A DNA stretch of 63,444 nucleotides, filler included, from Octopus bimaculoides (taxonomy: Eukaryota), in assembly GCF_001194135.2 (NCBI RefSeq). It is 7 parts of 7 records of this genome, joined end to end, with 100 filler letters (N's around TTAATTAATTAA, not from the genome) between each part and the next. Parts side by side here need not be neighbours in the genome. Positions count along the whole stretch, not along the records: positions 40,886 to 54,527 come from NC_068983.1; positions 54,628 to 59,159 come from NC_069000.1; positions 59,260 to 63,444 come from NC_068986.1; 4 more parts are not named here. The stretch is one strand, 5' to 3'. Under the pieces are notes generated by a model. It saw nothing but the letters and a program-made list of their open reading frames with translations. It searched no databases and was not told where the DNA came from. Made by a program: the position numbers and the translations under genes. The first letter of the stretch is position 1; each line of letters opens with the position of its first letter. Positions 50,906 through 62,635 of the stretch are shown one piece after another.

Positions 50906-51116
50906 GTGTATATGTTTGTGTGTCTGTGTTTGTCCCCCCAATATCGCTTGACAACCGATGGTGGTGTGTTTACGTCCCCGTAAATTAGCGGTTCGGCAAA
51001 AGGGACCGATAGAATAAGTACTGGGCTTCCAAACAATAAGTCCTGGGGTCGATTTGCTTGACTAAAGGCGGTGCTCCAGCATGGCCACAGTCAAATGACT
51101 GAAACAAGTAAAGAGT
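50544..51116 (+). mobile_element. SINE family B, full-length, with nested RTE fragment (50791-50854, minus strand)
   Basis: Head GCGTAGGAGTGGCTGTGAGGTAAG; after the gap, TAGCATGGGTTGGACG..CACCAGGCTCCACTC sits within the internal (TA)n; tail at 51070-51116. Confidence 0.8.
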
Positions 51117-51738
51117 AATAGTAGTATCATTGTATATCATGAATAGATTAATAAGAAAAATGTGATTATTCCTGAATGAATATGAATCAGTATAGGAAAA
51201 GCATTAGTTTCTTGGGAAAAACACAAAAATAAAAATTAAAAAATAAAACCTAAAACCTAAAAAAAAAGTAGATGTTTCTATACGTGTGTGCGTGTGTGTG
51301 CGTGTGTGTGTGTGTGTTGTACCTTGTGAGTAGTTTGGAGACCATCATTTTCGAATTCATACAGTGATGTTGCTTGTCTGTGTAGGCTTGAATGACTCTC
51401 AGCTAAATAGATTTACAAAACACTAAATGTATAACTAAACCTACTTACTTCAAATTTCAATTAGAACATTTTAAATTGAGGCGAGGAGTGAACTTCCGAG
51501 GTGCAGTAGTAATCTAAGAGCTGACACTCAAATGCCATCAGAGACAACAATAAAGTAATAAAAAAAATTAAAATAAAAAGAGGGAAAAAAATGGACAAAA
51601 TAGCCCCCACTCCCATCACTACCACCACCAAAAAGAGAATGTAATCTTTCAGAGTACATGACTAACAAAAGTATAATTGTGATTATTTCTGTAAATCTTT
51701 TATATCACTTTTTGGGAAATAGAACTTTTTTTTATGTA

Positions 51739-52270
51739 TGTGATCTGATCAATAAGTATCCGGACTGTTGCTATAGTAACAAAACTAAAATACAGAGAGT
51801 GAAGCTGCTTGGCACAGATTGACCTTGAACTCTGCTGTGCATGGGCACTAAGTTTTACTATTCTAGCTCAGTTCTGCTGTTTATAGCAGTGCTTGGAAGG
51901 AAGATGTGTAGCGTGTGATCATCATATTGACCATGACAGAGGAAGTTGAGCAGAGAATCTGCATTAAATTTTGCCAAAAGCTTGGCGATACCTGCTCAGA
52001 GGCCTATGCAAAGTTTCCAGAAAGTTTCCATCATTTTCAAACCTGGGTGTCTTTTTGGTCAGCTGAAAGCAGTTTTCACACAAACTTGGCAGATACTCAT
52101 CTCATACCCAAATCTTCAGTGATAATAGACTGAACTGAACCGTAACTAATCTGTACATCCTCTGATAACTCACAGATGGTGGTTTGATGATTTCCCCTCA
52201 CAGCTGCATGCACATCTGCAATGTTTTTTTCAGTGCTGCTGGTTGCGGGTCTCCCAGAACATTCGTCAAT
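51739..52270. mobile_element. Rearranged mariner: TIR + N-terminus on +, next transposase segment inverted
   Basis: TA-TGTGATCTGATCAATAAGTATCCGGAC end; + strand MTEEVEQRICIKFCQKLGDTCSEAYAKF (51933-52016); minus strand DECSGRPATSSTEKNIADVHAAVRGNHQTTICELSEDVQISYGSVQSIITEDLGMR*VSAKFV (52266-52080). Confidence 0.85.
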
Positions 52271-52284
52271 ATCAACATGTGGCC

Positions 52285-52420
52285 CTGACTGGCCTTCGTG
52301 TAGAAACTCTGCCAGATCAGATTGGAGCCTGGTGCAGCCATCTGGTTCGCCAGTCCTCAGTCAAATCGTCCAACCCATGCTAGCATGGAAAGTGGATGTT
52401 AAACGATGATGATGATGATG
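52285..52420 (+). mobile_element. RTE 3' UTR fragment
   Basis: GTAGAAACTCTGCCAGATCAGATTGG..GTTAAACGATGATGATGAT. Confidence 0.85.
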
Positions 52421-52799
52421 TTGCAATTATGAATGCGATACCCTAACCACCAAGCTATGTGCTTTCCCCTTCCTGGTTCATTAATATAATGATATGATGT
52501 TTGTAATTTTAATGATTGAAGAGCAAGAGAAACTGTGACATTCAAGTCTTTTCTAAAAAGGTATTAAAATATGGTCAGTAAACTGAAGCTAAGTAGTTCC
52601 AATTATATGAAACTTGAACACATTGAAGCTATATGAAAGCAACAATTTCTATTTCTCCTTGTTATCTTTACTGATAGTAGTCATAGTAATTAGGGAGATA
52701 AAAACACCAACATTTTAACATAAAAATCCTGAATAGCTTATCCCTTCAGCTGTCAGACTTTGCATAAAAAGAAAATAATTAGTTACTATAGCACCAGCG

Positions 52800-53228
52800 T
52801 AATCGTTACCAACGTCGCCTTCCTGGCACTTGTGCTAGTGGCACGTGAAAAGACATTCGAGCAAGATCGTTGCCAGTGCCGATGGACTGACCCCTATGCA
52901 GGTGACACGTAAAATACACCATTTTGAGTGTGGCAGTTGATCGTTACCAACGTCGCCTCCCTGGCACTTCTGCCAGTGCCGATGGACTGGCTCCTGTGCA
53001 GGTGGCACGTAAAATACACCATTTCAAGCGTAGCCTTCGTGCCAGTGGCACGTAAAAGCACCCACTACACTCTCGGAGTGGTTGGCGTTAGGAAGGGCAT
53101 CCAGCTGTAGAAACTCTGCCAAATCAGATTGGAGCCTGGTGTCGCCTCCTGGTCCACCAGACCTCAGTCAAATCGTCCAACCCATGCTAGCATGGAAAGC
53201 GGACGTTAAACGATGATGATGATGATGA
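52800..53228 (+). mobile_element. RTE 3' UTR with rearranged VNTR
   Basis: Repeated ATCGTTACCAACGTCGCC / TGCCAGTGCCGATGGACTG / CACGTAAAATACACCATTT units, then core UTR and (GAT)n. Confidence 0.85.
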
Positions 53229-53651
53229 CGACTATATTGGCATAATTTCTGAAGCTTTTAAAAGAAAGGAAATAAGAGTCTATGACAGTCATATAGTGGT
53301 CTGCTTCAATCCACACTTCTCCAAACTCATACAGATATACAAATATATCTCTGGTAGATACTATACCACATCTTTCAATCTTTGCCATATATAACAGACA
53401 ATTATACAATCTACATAGAATACTAGGATAACTGCAAAACTATCAGTGAGTGTGCTGGTTTATTGACACCTCCAGGAAATTCTAGGGAGCAACTATACAC
53501 CAACCAACTCCCCCTTGTCAAACTTGAGCCAATGAGGAAGGTTCTACAAGGTCATTCCATCTGTTTGGAGTAGCAATCAAAATTTTCCTCAAATCATATC
53601 TCACCTGCTTAGGAAAAGGATAATGTAATCCTAAGAACATTATATCTGAAA

Positions 53652-54080
53652 ATCATCATCGTTTAACGTCCACTTTCCATGCTAGCATGGGTTGGACGAT
53701 TTGACTGGGGACTGGCGAACCAGAAGGCTGCACCAGGCTCCAATCTGATCTGGCAGAGTTTCTACAGCTGGATGCCCTTCCTAACACCAACCACACCGAG
53801 AGTGTAGTGGGTGTTTTACGTGCCACCGGCACAAGGGCCAGTCAGGTGGTACTGGCAACGGCCACGCTCAAAATGGTGTATTTTATGTGCCACCTGCACA
53901 GGAGCCAGTCCAGCGGCACTGGCAATGATCTCACTCGAATGTCTTTTCACATGCCACTGGGACAAGTGTCAGGAAGGCGATGCTGGTAACGATCACGCTC
54001 AAATGGTGCTATTTACGTGCCACTGGCATGGAAGCCAGACAGCTTCGCTGGCAACGATCACGCTTGAGGCGGTGCTCTTA
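53652..54080 (-). mobile_element. RTE 3' UTR with four diverged ~65-bp units
   Basis: Units start near 53810, 53876, 53941 and 54005. Confidence 0.85.
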
Positions 54081-54291
54081 GTGCTCCACTAAAATGGTCA
54101 CTGGCAGAATTCCTTCAGTCATAGATCTGCTTGGTCAGGAGTGATATTGAGCAAAAAGACAAATTTGTTAAACTCTGTTGTGAACACTAGATCCTTCAGA
54201 TATGTTCAGGCTATAGGGCTCTCACAGCATGGATAAATATGAAAGAGCTTAATAGACCCTTCCAGACTGGTAAGATTAACACAAAACAATG

Positions 54292-54527
54292 ATCATCATC
54301 ATCATCATCATCATCGTTTAACATCCGCTTTCCATGCTAGCATGGGTTGGACGATTTGACTGAGGACTGGTGAAACCGGATGGCAACACCAGGCTCCAGT
54401 CTGATTTGGCAGAGTTTCTACAGCTGGATGCCCTTCCTAACGCCAACCACTCAGAGAGTGTAGTGGGTGCTTTTACGTGTCACCCGCACGAAAACGGCCA
54501 CGCTCGAAATGGTGTCTTTTATGTGCC
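54292..54527 (-). mobile_element. RTE 3' UTR, truncated by gap
   Basis: (CAT)n tail and core UTR. Confidence 0.85.
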
Positions 54528-54627
54528 NNNNNNNNNNNNNNNNNNNNNNNNNNNNNNNNNNNNNNNNNNNNTTAATTAATTAANNNNNNNNNNNNNNNNN
54601 NNNNNNNNNNNNNNNNNNNNNNNNNNN

Positions 54628-54660
<33 letters not shown>

Positions 54661-54684
54661 GTATATTTTTGTGTGTCTATGCCT

Positions 54685-54895
54685 ATGTTTGTCCCCGCCG
54701 CCATCGCTTGACAACTGTTGTTGATGTGTTTACGTCTCCGAATCCTAATGGTTCGGAAAAAGAGACCGATAGAATAAGTACTAGGTTTACAAAGAATAAG
54801 TTCTGAGTTCTGAGGTCGATTTGTTCGACTAAGGGTGGTGCTCCAGTATGACCGCAGTCAAATGACTGAAACAAGCAAAAGATAAAAGACTAAAA
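54685..54895 (+). mobile_element. SINE family B, 3' half
   Basis: GTTTGTCCCCG..GACCGATAGAATAAGTACTAGG..GCAGTCAAATGACTGAAACAAG. Confidence 0.8.
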
Positions 54896-54907
54896 GAATA
54901 TACATAC

Positions 54908-54972
54908 CATAAAAGGCAGGAGATATGAGAGGTGCATATATATTTCAATTCTCATACCTCCTGACTTTCATG
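54908..54972. other. 65-nt imperfect hairpin (pre-miRNA-like or MITE relic)
   Basis: CATAAAAGGCAGGAGATATGAGA pairs with TCTCATACCTCCTGACTTTCATG at 20 of 23 positions. Confidence 0.5.
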
Positions 54973-55389
54973 TTTTATATACTACTCACGAAATAATTTC
55001 ACCAATCAGATCTACTGAAATTTAGCTGCAACGAGATTCTACATTACACTTCTCTGTATTGGATTATTATGTGGACTGTTAGCCGAGTCCGTAAGAACTG
55101 TTTTCTGTGATAAGACACAATTCTCTGAATCCATATCTTATGCTACAAATGTATGTATGTATGTATGTATGTATGTATGTATGTATGTATGTATGTATGT
55201 GTACATATGAATGCACAAGTGCACGCACATATGCACATGCGTATGTATGCATATGTATATGTATATGTATATGCATGTGCGTATGTATGTGTACACACAC
55301 ACATGCATATAGGATACTTTCCCTCTAATTTTGTAAATACAAACATACACACATACATATATAAAAAGTTTGACTGTGAGTATTTGGTC

Positions 55390-56481
55390 CTGTAATATTC
55401 GTTTTTATTGTGCATTTGTAAACAACATCGTTGGCGATGAAGTTAGACTTTATTGGAAATAAATTGTTTTTTTTTACAATATTGGTTGAATTACAGGATG
55501 GCATATTGATTTTAAATGTCATGGACGAGGCAAGTACATTGGTAAAGTTTGGTGTTGTGGATATGAGAGAGTAGTTGTGTTTATGTCTTTATTAAAAATT
55601 CGGCGAGACTTTACGTTGTAGGTGAAAGTGGTTTTTTTCTTTTTGTTCAATAATCTAAAAAAGATCTTTGCTGTTGGTGTTTGAACGTCTCTGATGGAGG
55701 TGGATTAAATTCTGTTAGGATTCGTTTTCTTGTGTTATTATTCCTGGTTGTAGACATTCATTTTCTTCGATATTTCATATTATCAGTGAATCCAGTTTTG
55801 GACAGAATCCAATTAGAATAAGTGATCGTTTTTTTTTTTAAATGTTTATTTAATTGTAAAAAGTTTTGGTAGTTTAAAAGACGCGTTTTTCACTATTTAT
55901 CCTCTTTCATCTCTTAACTTGCTTCAATCATTGGACTGCGGCCATGCTGGGACACCGACCTGCAGGGTTTTAGTCGAAAAGATCGCTACCAGTACTTATA
56001 TTGTTTTTAAGGTTGGTATTTAGTATATTGTTCCTTTTCACCAAACCGGTAAGTTATGGGGACGTAAAAAGACCAACACCGATTGAGAAGCGGTGGGGAG
56101 GAGATTAGCACAGACTCAAAGGGACAGACTTATATCTATATGTCTGTGTATATGTATATATATGTATGTATGTGTGTGTGTTTGCGCGTGCGTGCATGCG
56201 TGTATATACATACATACATACATACATACATACATGCATACATATATAAAACAAACTACTCCAAATCATTGTTAGAGTTTCTACATAAGTGCAGTTTGGA
56301 GCAGTTACTTTGCATTAACACCGAGTCGTATAAGCTGCAATAATGAAGTCACACTAATGAGTGATATTTTGAAATTATTTAATATGTACATATCAGGTCT
56401 GCATAATACGATAAGAAATGCGTCCATTACGTAATACCTTCCTCAGTTAAAACAATATATCTATGTGCGAGTGTATGTATG

Positions 56482-56554
<73 letters not shown>

Positions 56555-57790
56555 NNNNNNNNNNNNNNNNNNNNNNNNNNNNNNNNNNNNNNNNNNNNNN
56601 NNNNNNNNNNNNNNNNNNNNNNNNNNNNNNNNNNNNNNNNNNNNNNNNNNNNNNNNNNNNNNNNNNNNNNNNNNNNNNNNNNNNNNNNNNNNNNNNNNNN
56701 NNNNNNNNNNNNNNNNNNNNNNNNNNNNNNNNNNNNNNNNNNNNNNNNNNNNNNNNNNNNNNNNNNNNNNNNNNNNNNNNNNNNNNNNNNNNNNNNNNNN
56801 NNNNNNNNNNNNNNNNNNNNNNNNNNNNNNNNNNNNNNNNNNNNNNNNNNNNNNNNNNNNNNNNNNNNNNNNNNNNNNNNNNNNNATATATATATATATA
56901 TAGTCCGGGGCTATAGTTGAAGACACTTACCCAAGTTACCATGCAGGAGGCGTGAACCTGAAACTAAGTGGATGTAAAATGTAAAGCAAGTTTCTTAACC
57001 ATTTTGTTTGTGTCTCTTAGAGTTTCATTTTGCTTGTGGCATGGACAAAATAATAAAGTATTCAAATTTGGAATAATGTCAGAAAAATTTGTTGCTGGAA
57101 TATTATGTTCAATTGCTATTTTAAATCACTAATGTTTAAAGTACGGATCCAAATCCTTTGCCATTCGGTCTGTCATTTTTGAATTGAACTTGTTAAAACT
57201 AAAGGAGGCTATCGTCTAGATTAGAGACCCTCAATCATATGGGACTTTGCTTTTAACTTTGATAGGAAGATAAATCCCCTCCTCCATGTCACCGATCTCG
57301 GATATTTCTGGAGCAACCATCCTAACATCGAATGACACAAGTACGAACTTGTTAGTTATACTGAATAATCGTACGTAAAGTTGTTTGCCGCGCGTGTATC
57401 AATATTTCAATTTCTTTAGATTTCAATTGACCTAGTAATATTTCAGTTTAGTTTATAATCATCCATAGAGTAATATTCACGTTGAAATAGGCAGTACTCT
57501 TGAATGTCAAACTGTAGGAAGTTGCACTGCTCCTTTCTGGCAGTCTTTTAAAACCGACCTGTTACTGTGTTGCTCTTCCAAAGTTTTAAATTTCGTATTC
57601 ATTAAACTGTGAAATATTCTAATAGTTTCAAGATGTTTGTTTTCTTTTGGTGATGGCGGTAGCGGTGGTGGTGGTGGAGAGTAATTAAGCGAACAGAATG
57701 GCTTCTGTTTGAAGTCGTGTTTATGGTCTTTGAAAGAAAAGTATGGTAATTTCACTATGTCTGATCTGCAATATTTAATTTACATGGTAT
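55390..57790 (-). mobile_element. Decayed Penelope-like element (RT at 57790-57200; C-terminal/GIY-YIG region at 55840-55390), split by SINE, microsatellites and a gap
   Basis: YFSFKDHKHDFKQKPFCSLN (cf. F-TLKDHK-NF-N-P-CRLIN), QFDIQEY, FDVRM..APEISE, SKTGFTDNMKY, RKRILTEFNPPPS (cf. WFNPP), SCNS..NDVVYKCTIK. Confidence 0.7.
55905..56100 (-). mobile_element. SINE family B 3' half inserted in the Penelope remnant
   Basis: TTCAATCATTGGACTGCGGCCATGCTGGGACACCG..AAGTTATGGGGACGTAAA. Confidence 0.75.
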
Positions 57791-58565
57791 TTTTAATCTT
57801 TCGTTGTTCATCTTGGTAAATGCCCTTCATTCTATTTTTATATTATTGCTGACAGAATTTACAATGTATCTGCNNNNNNNNNNNNNNNNNNNNNNNNNNN
57901 NNNNNNNNNNNNNNNNNNNNNNNNNNNNNNNNNNNNNNNNNNNNNNNNNNNNNNNNNNNNNNNNNNNNNNNNNNNNNNNNNNNNNNNNNNNNNNNNNNNN
58001 NNNNNNNNNNNNNNNNNNNNNNNNNNNNNNNNNNNNNNNNNNNNNNNNNNNNNNNNNNNNNNNNNNNNNNNNNNNNNNNNNNNNNNNNNNNNNNNNNNNN
58101 NNNNNNNNNNNNNNNNNNNNNNNNNNNNNNNNNNNNNNNNNNNNNNNNNNNNNNNNNNNNNNNNNNNNNNNNNNNNNNNNNNNNNNNNNNNNNNNNNNNN
58201 NNNNNNNNNNNNNNNNNNNNNNNNNNNNNNNNNNNNNNNNNNNNNNNNNNNNNNNNNNNNNNNNNNNNNNNNNNNNNNNNNNNNNNNNNNNNNNNNNNNN
58301 NNNNNNNNNNNNNNNNNNNNNNNNNNNNNNNNNNNNNNNNNNNNNNNNNNNNNNNNNNNNNNNNNNNNNNNNNNNNNNNNNNNNNNNNNNNNNNNNNNNN
58401 NNNNNNNNNNNNNNNNNNNNNNNNNNNNNNNNNNNNNNNNNNNNNNNNNNNNNNNNNNNNNNNNNNNNNNNNNNNNNNNNNNNNNNNNNNNNNNNNNNNN
58501 NNNNNNNNNNNNNNNNNNNNNNNNNNNNNNNNNNNNNNNNNNNNNNNNNNNNNNNNNNNNNNNNN

Positions 58566-58692
58566 CTTTTCATCCTTCGGAGGTGTCGATATAATAATTA
58601 CCAGTCTACAAATACGGCGATCGATAAAATCGATTATACTATTGAATCTGGTGGTCCAGCATGGCAACAGACCAATGACTGAAATCAGTAAC
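58566..58692 (+). mobile_element. SINE with A-type body and B-type tail
   Basis: CTTTTCATCCTTCGGAGGTGTCGATATAATAATTACCAG followed by GGTGGTCCAGCATGG..AATGACTGAAA. Confidence 0.6.
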
Positions 58693-58707
58693 ACACACAC
58701 ACACACG

Positions 58708-58739
<32 letters not shown>

Positions 58740-60794
58740 TGTGTGTGTATTGTGTATGTATTTATGCACACACACATATGTTTATGCGAAAGAGAGTGAG
58801 AGACAGGAAGAAAAGCAAACAAACGAACAAACAAGGCAACTGTGTGTATGAATGTATGTGTGTGCGCGCGCGCGTAATTACAGGTGTGGTTGAAAGAATT
58901 TGTGTTGCCGTGAAGATTTCAACGAGAATCGATACAGAGATCCTTCGGTTGCGTGCCATGCTTGTGCCGTCTCGCTCACTGCTCTTTCTCTACCTCTTCT
59001 GCTATCTCTCGAGTAATTTCATTACGGCCATATCGCTTGTATATACATATGTATACGTACATACATATATACATGTGTATACATATATATATATGTGTGT
59101 TACACATATATATGTATGTATATGCGAATATATGCATGTATATATATATATATATATATNNNNNNNNNNNNNNNNNNNNNNNNNNNNNNNNNNNNNNNNN
59201 NNNTTAATTAATTAANNNNNNNNNNNNNNNNNNNNNNNNNNNNNNNNNNNNNNNNNNNNATATATAATTTCTTTCCTTCTTTTGGGTGAGGTTAGAATAT
59301 TGGTTCTCGAGGCACATTACATAAAGCTATAAATATCGGCTTGAAAAACCCTTGTGAATAGAAAAATTCAAAGGCTATGTGTGTGGTGTGTATGCAAGCA
59401 TACATACATGTATACATACATGCAAACATACATACATACACACATACAGACAGACAGACAGACAAAAAGACAGGCAGACAGACAGAAATACACACACATA
59501 CATATACGTATGTGTGCGTGTGTGTGTATGCGCGTACATGCACAAATATATGTATTTGTATGCATGCACACACACGCACGCAGAGACAAGTTTATATGAA
59601 TGAAGTATCTAAAGATGCGTAACAAAACTATGCAATGATTCCCTTTAAATCTAGTTTGTAGATTCAGGTAATGCGTGTATTTCGCTGAATAAATTGCTAT
59701 GTTAGCATTGTCTGCACAGTTGACTGCTGACTACAGCTGTGCATCAATATAGTGGCCTGAATTTGATGTCTGCATATTGCCAATGCAACTGCATACATCA
59801 TTATAACTAACTGAAGAAGAATACTGCTGACTGCAGAGTGAAGCTGCACATAACACCTGATCACCATACTCTTGTTTTTGTTTTCAGAGAATAAATACGG
59901 TGTTCTCGTAAATAATATAAAAATTTCTATTATTTCTTCTAAATATAGCACCACGTTTTAATCCCTAACAATTCAGCTCATATTCTATTGTTAGTAAGTA
60001 TTTGTGTATCTTTCTAAATTATTTATATTTTAAGAAACTGTTTTCACCTCCAAGTCTTTTCCATCTAAAAGCGTAGATTTGATGCTGTGCATTCTTCACT
60101 TTAAATATGAAAGTTAGTGTTATGGAAAATGTTTGAACCCTGATGCAGGTACATAATCCTTAATGACAAACATCCGTTATTATAATAAACAAAGAGAAAT
60201 AAGCTTATTTTCCAAAAATTCGTTATGTGTGTGTGTTGACAAAAGGCTGCGGAATATATCTTTAAAAGTTGCTGTAACATTATATGAGTAAAAAATACAG
60301 AACTGTGGTATAAAATGCATAACTGGAAATAGTTGCCTTTCCTTCAACTATTACACAAAGTATTCTGAGAGAAAGGTCCACCTTTTATATATTTATCACC
60401 AGACAACATAGAGATATATCAATAACTAATCCTACCAAGTGTAGCATCTTAGTGTAGCGAGTATGTTAACACTCTTTAAGTTTGATTTATGGAATGAATG
60501 ATAGATGCATGCGCGCTCACAAACACACAGACAGTTGTACATATATGTATGTATGTATGTATGTATGTATATAGAGAGAGACAGACAGACGGACAGATAG
60601 ATAGATAGAGTTACATGTATACATGCGTTTGAGTAGGTATAAATGTATGAATGAATGAATATATTTATATATATATATATATATGTGTGTGTGTGATGTG
60701 TGTGTGTGTATGTGTATGTTTGTGTGTGCATATATATATATATATATGTATATGTGTGTGTGTGTATGTATATGTATATCTATGTGTGTATGTC

Positions 60795-60990
60795 TTTGTG
60801 TTTGTCCTTCATCACTGCTTAACAACCAATGTTGTGTTTACATTCCTGTAAATTAGCGGTTCAGTATTAAGAAACCGATTGAATAAATATCAGGCTTTAA
60901 AAAAAAAATACTGCTGTCGATTTGTTCGACTATAACTCTTGAAGGCGATGCGCCATCGTGACTACAGTCTAATAACTGAAACAAACGATA
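60795..60990 (+). mobile_element. SINE family B 3' half, degenerate
   Basis: GTGTTTGTCC..TTAGCGGTTCAG..GTCGATTTGTTCGACTA..GACTACAGTCTAATAACTGAAACA. Confidence 0.65.
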
Positions 60991-60998
60991 AAAGACTA

Positions 60999-61032
<34 letters not shown>

Positions 61033-61852
61033 CCTGTCTGTCTGTCTGTCGGTCTATTTGTTTGTCTACCTATCTAATATGTACAAGGATATGGGTTCGT
61101 GCCCACGTTCATCCCTCGGCCATTCTAGTCATAAGAGTTTTCAATCCAATATTTACATACTATTATTTATTACTTTATGCGCATCGAGATCCAATGTTCC
61201 TGGAAAGTATTATGTGCGTGTGCGAGCGTGTACGTCTGTGACTACACTTCTTTTATATTATGCCACCGAGCCTAAAAACTTTTCCCTCCACCGCGTATTA
61301 CTACAATATAAGCTATTTCAGTATCTCATACCTTACTTTATATCAGACGGTTACACTATGCAATAACTACTCTTAGAATCCTGTAACATATTGGGATTTA
61401 CCCTTTAATGGACATTTAAATATTAATTAAATTTTTTTTATAGCTGATAGATACTCGTGTCATTTTATCATATATTGCTTTAATGTGCACAATCTGGAAA
61501 GAAGAAGAGACGAAGGGCTTATCAGGGTATCATAAGAGCGAGCTAGGTCGGTGACTCTTTACTTTTTTGAGCATAATGTTCCAACTATCAGATACTTATC
61601 TTACCTAGTGAGACTCATTAACTGGTTCGTTTCCTTCTAACACTGAATATTGTTATGGGATATTTGAAGTTCATTAATGCTGTGTACGCATATATTATTT
61701 ATATATTATATACAAATATCGTGTAATGGAGTTCTACTTTGAAACCTTAGTGATCAAGTGATAAAGAATGCATTAGGATTTCTATAAGTACAGATTTCAA
61801 ATACGTACATTTGAGTATGTATAAGTAAGATTTAGATAACTTATTATATAGA

Positions 61853-62035
61853 GTGTGAAGGGGTACGGTCTGCTGGTTAGGGTGTAGCTCGCCAGATCGT
61901 TGTTTCGATTCCTTGAAAAGCGGCGCGTTGTGTTCTTGAGCAAAACAATTCATTTGACGATGCTCAAGCCCACTCAGTTGTATATTTGTAACTCTGCGAC
62001 TAACTGGCGTTCCGTTCAGCGGGGTGACATCATTC
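61853..62035 (+). mobile_element. Degenerate tRNA/CORE-like SINE (same family as 62405)
   Basis: GTTTCGATTCC..GTTCTTGAGCAAAACA..CCACTCAG..ACTGGCGTTCCGTTCAG. Confidence 0.55.
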
Positions 62036-62084
62036 AAAAATGCATTGTGACTAATACTGTGTAACGATAACAAGCAACAGAGAA

Positions 62085-62175
62085 ATAAGTGATTAATGTA
62101 AGATTAAAGTAAGGTATAAGTGATTAACATAAGATTAAAGTAAGATATAAGTGATTAACGTACGATTAACGTAAG
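62085..62175. repeat. 31-bp tandem repeat, ~3 copies
   Basis: ATAAGTGATTAATGTAAGATTAAAGTAAGGT / ATAAGTGATTAACATAAGATTAAAGTAAGAT / ATAAGTGATTAACGTACGATTAACGTAAG. Confidence 0.9.
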
Positions 62176-62404
62176 AAACACAATTCTGGAATGATTTCAA
62201 ATTTTTATCGTCAACCCCATTAGAAGATTTTACTACCTATCTCTAATTTAGGGGAATTGGTCGAGACACATGTAGTGTTGCTAAAGGCAGAATACAACGG
62301 TGAATACGGAATAAATAAAAAAAACCGTTGACTTCTCGCAACATTGCGAGAATATAATACAATATCGCTATCATGTATTCGAGTAATGTACTTCCGCGCA
62401 TAAA

Positions 62405-62635
62405 GTGGAGGCGCATGGCTTAGTGGTTTACTCATGGACTTATGATCGTAAGATTATGGTTTATGGTTTCGATTCCTGGACCGGGCAACGTTTGCTGTTC
62501 TTGAGCAAAACACTACATTTGTTGCTCCAGTCCACTCAGCTGGCAAAAATGGGTAATCCTGCGATGGACCGGCGTCCCGTCCAGGTGGGGAACGTATACG
62601 CCTTGGAAAACGGGAAACCGGCCTTTATGAGTCGG
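62405..62635 (+). mobile_element. tRNA-derived SINE with CORE-like middle and V-domain-like motif
   Basis: GGAGGCGCATGGCTTAGTGG head, GGTTTCGATTCC B-box, CTTGAGCAAAACACT..GCTCCAGTCCACTCAGCTGGCAAAAATG, CCTGCGATGGACCGGCGTCCCGTCCAGG. Confidence 0.7.

Noticed and set aside
47640-54070. CRISPR-like repeat arrays (regular ~65-bp units with palindromic cores)
   Set aside because: Whole units are homologous with no unique spacers, they follow an RTE ORF stop codon, the context is eukaryotic and there are no cas genes.
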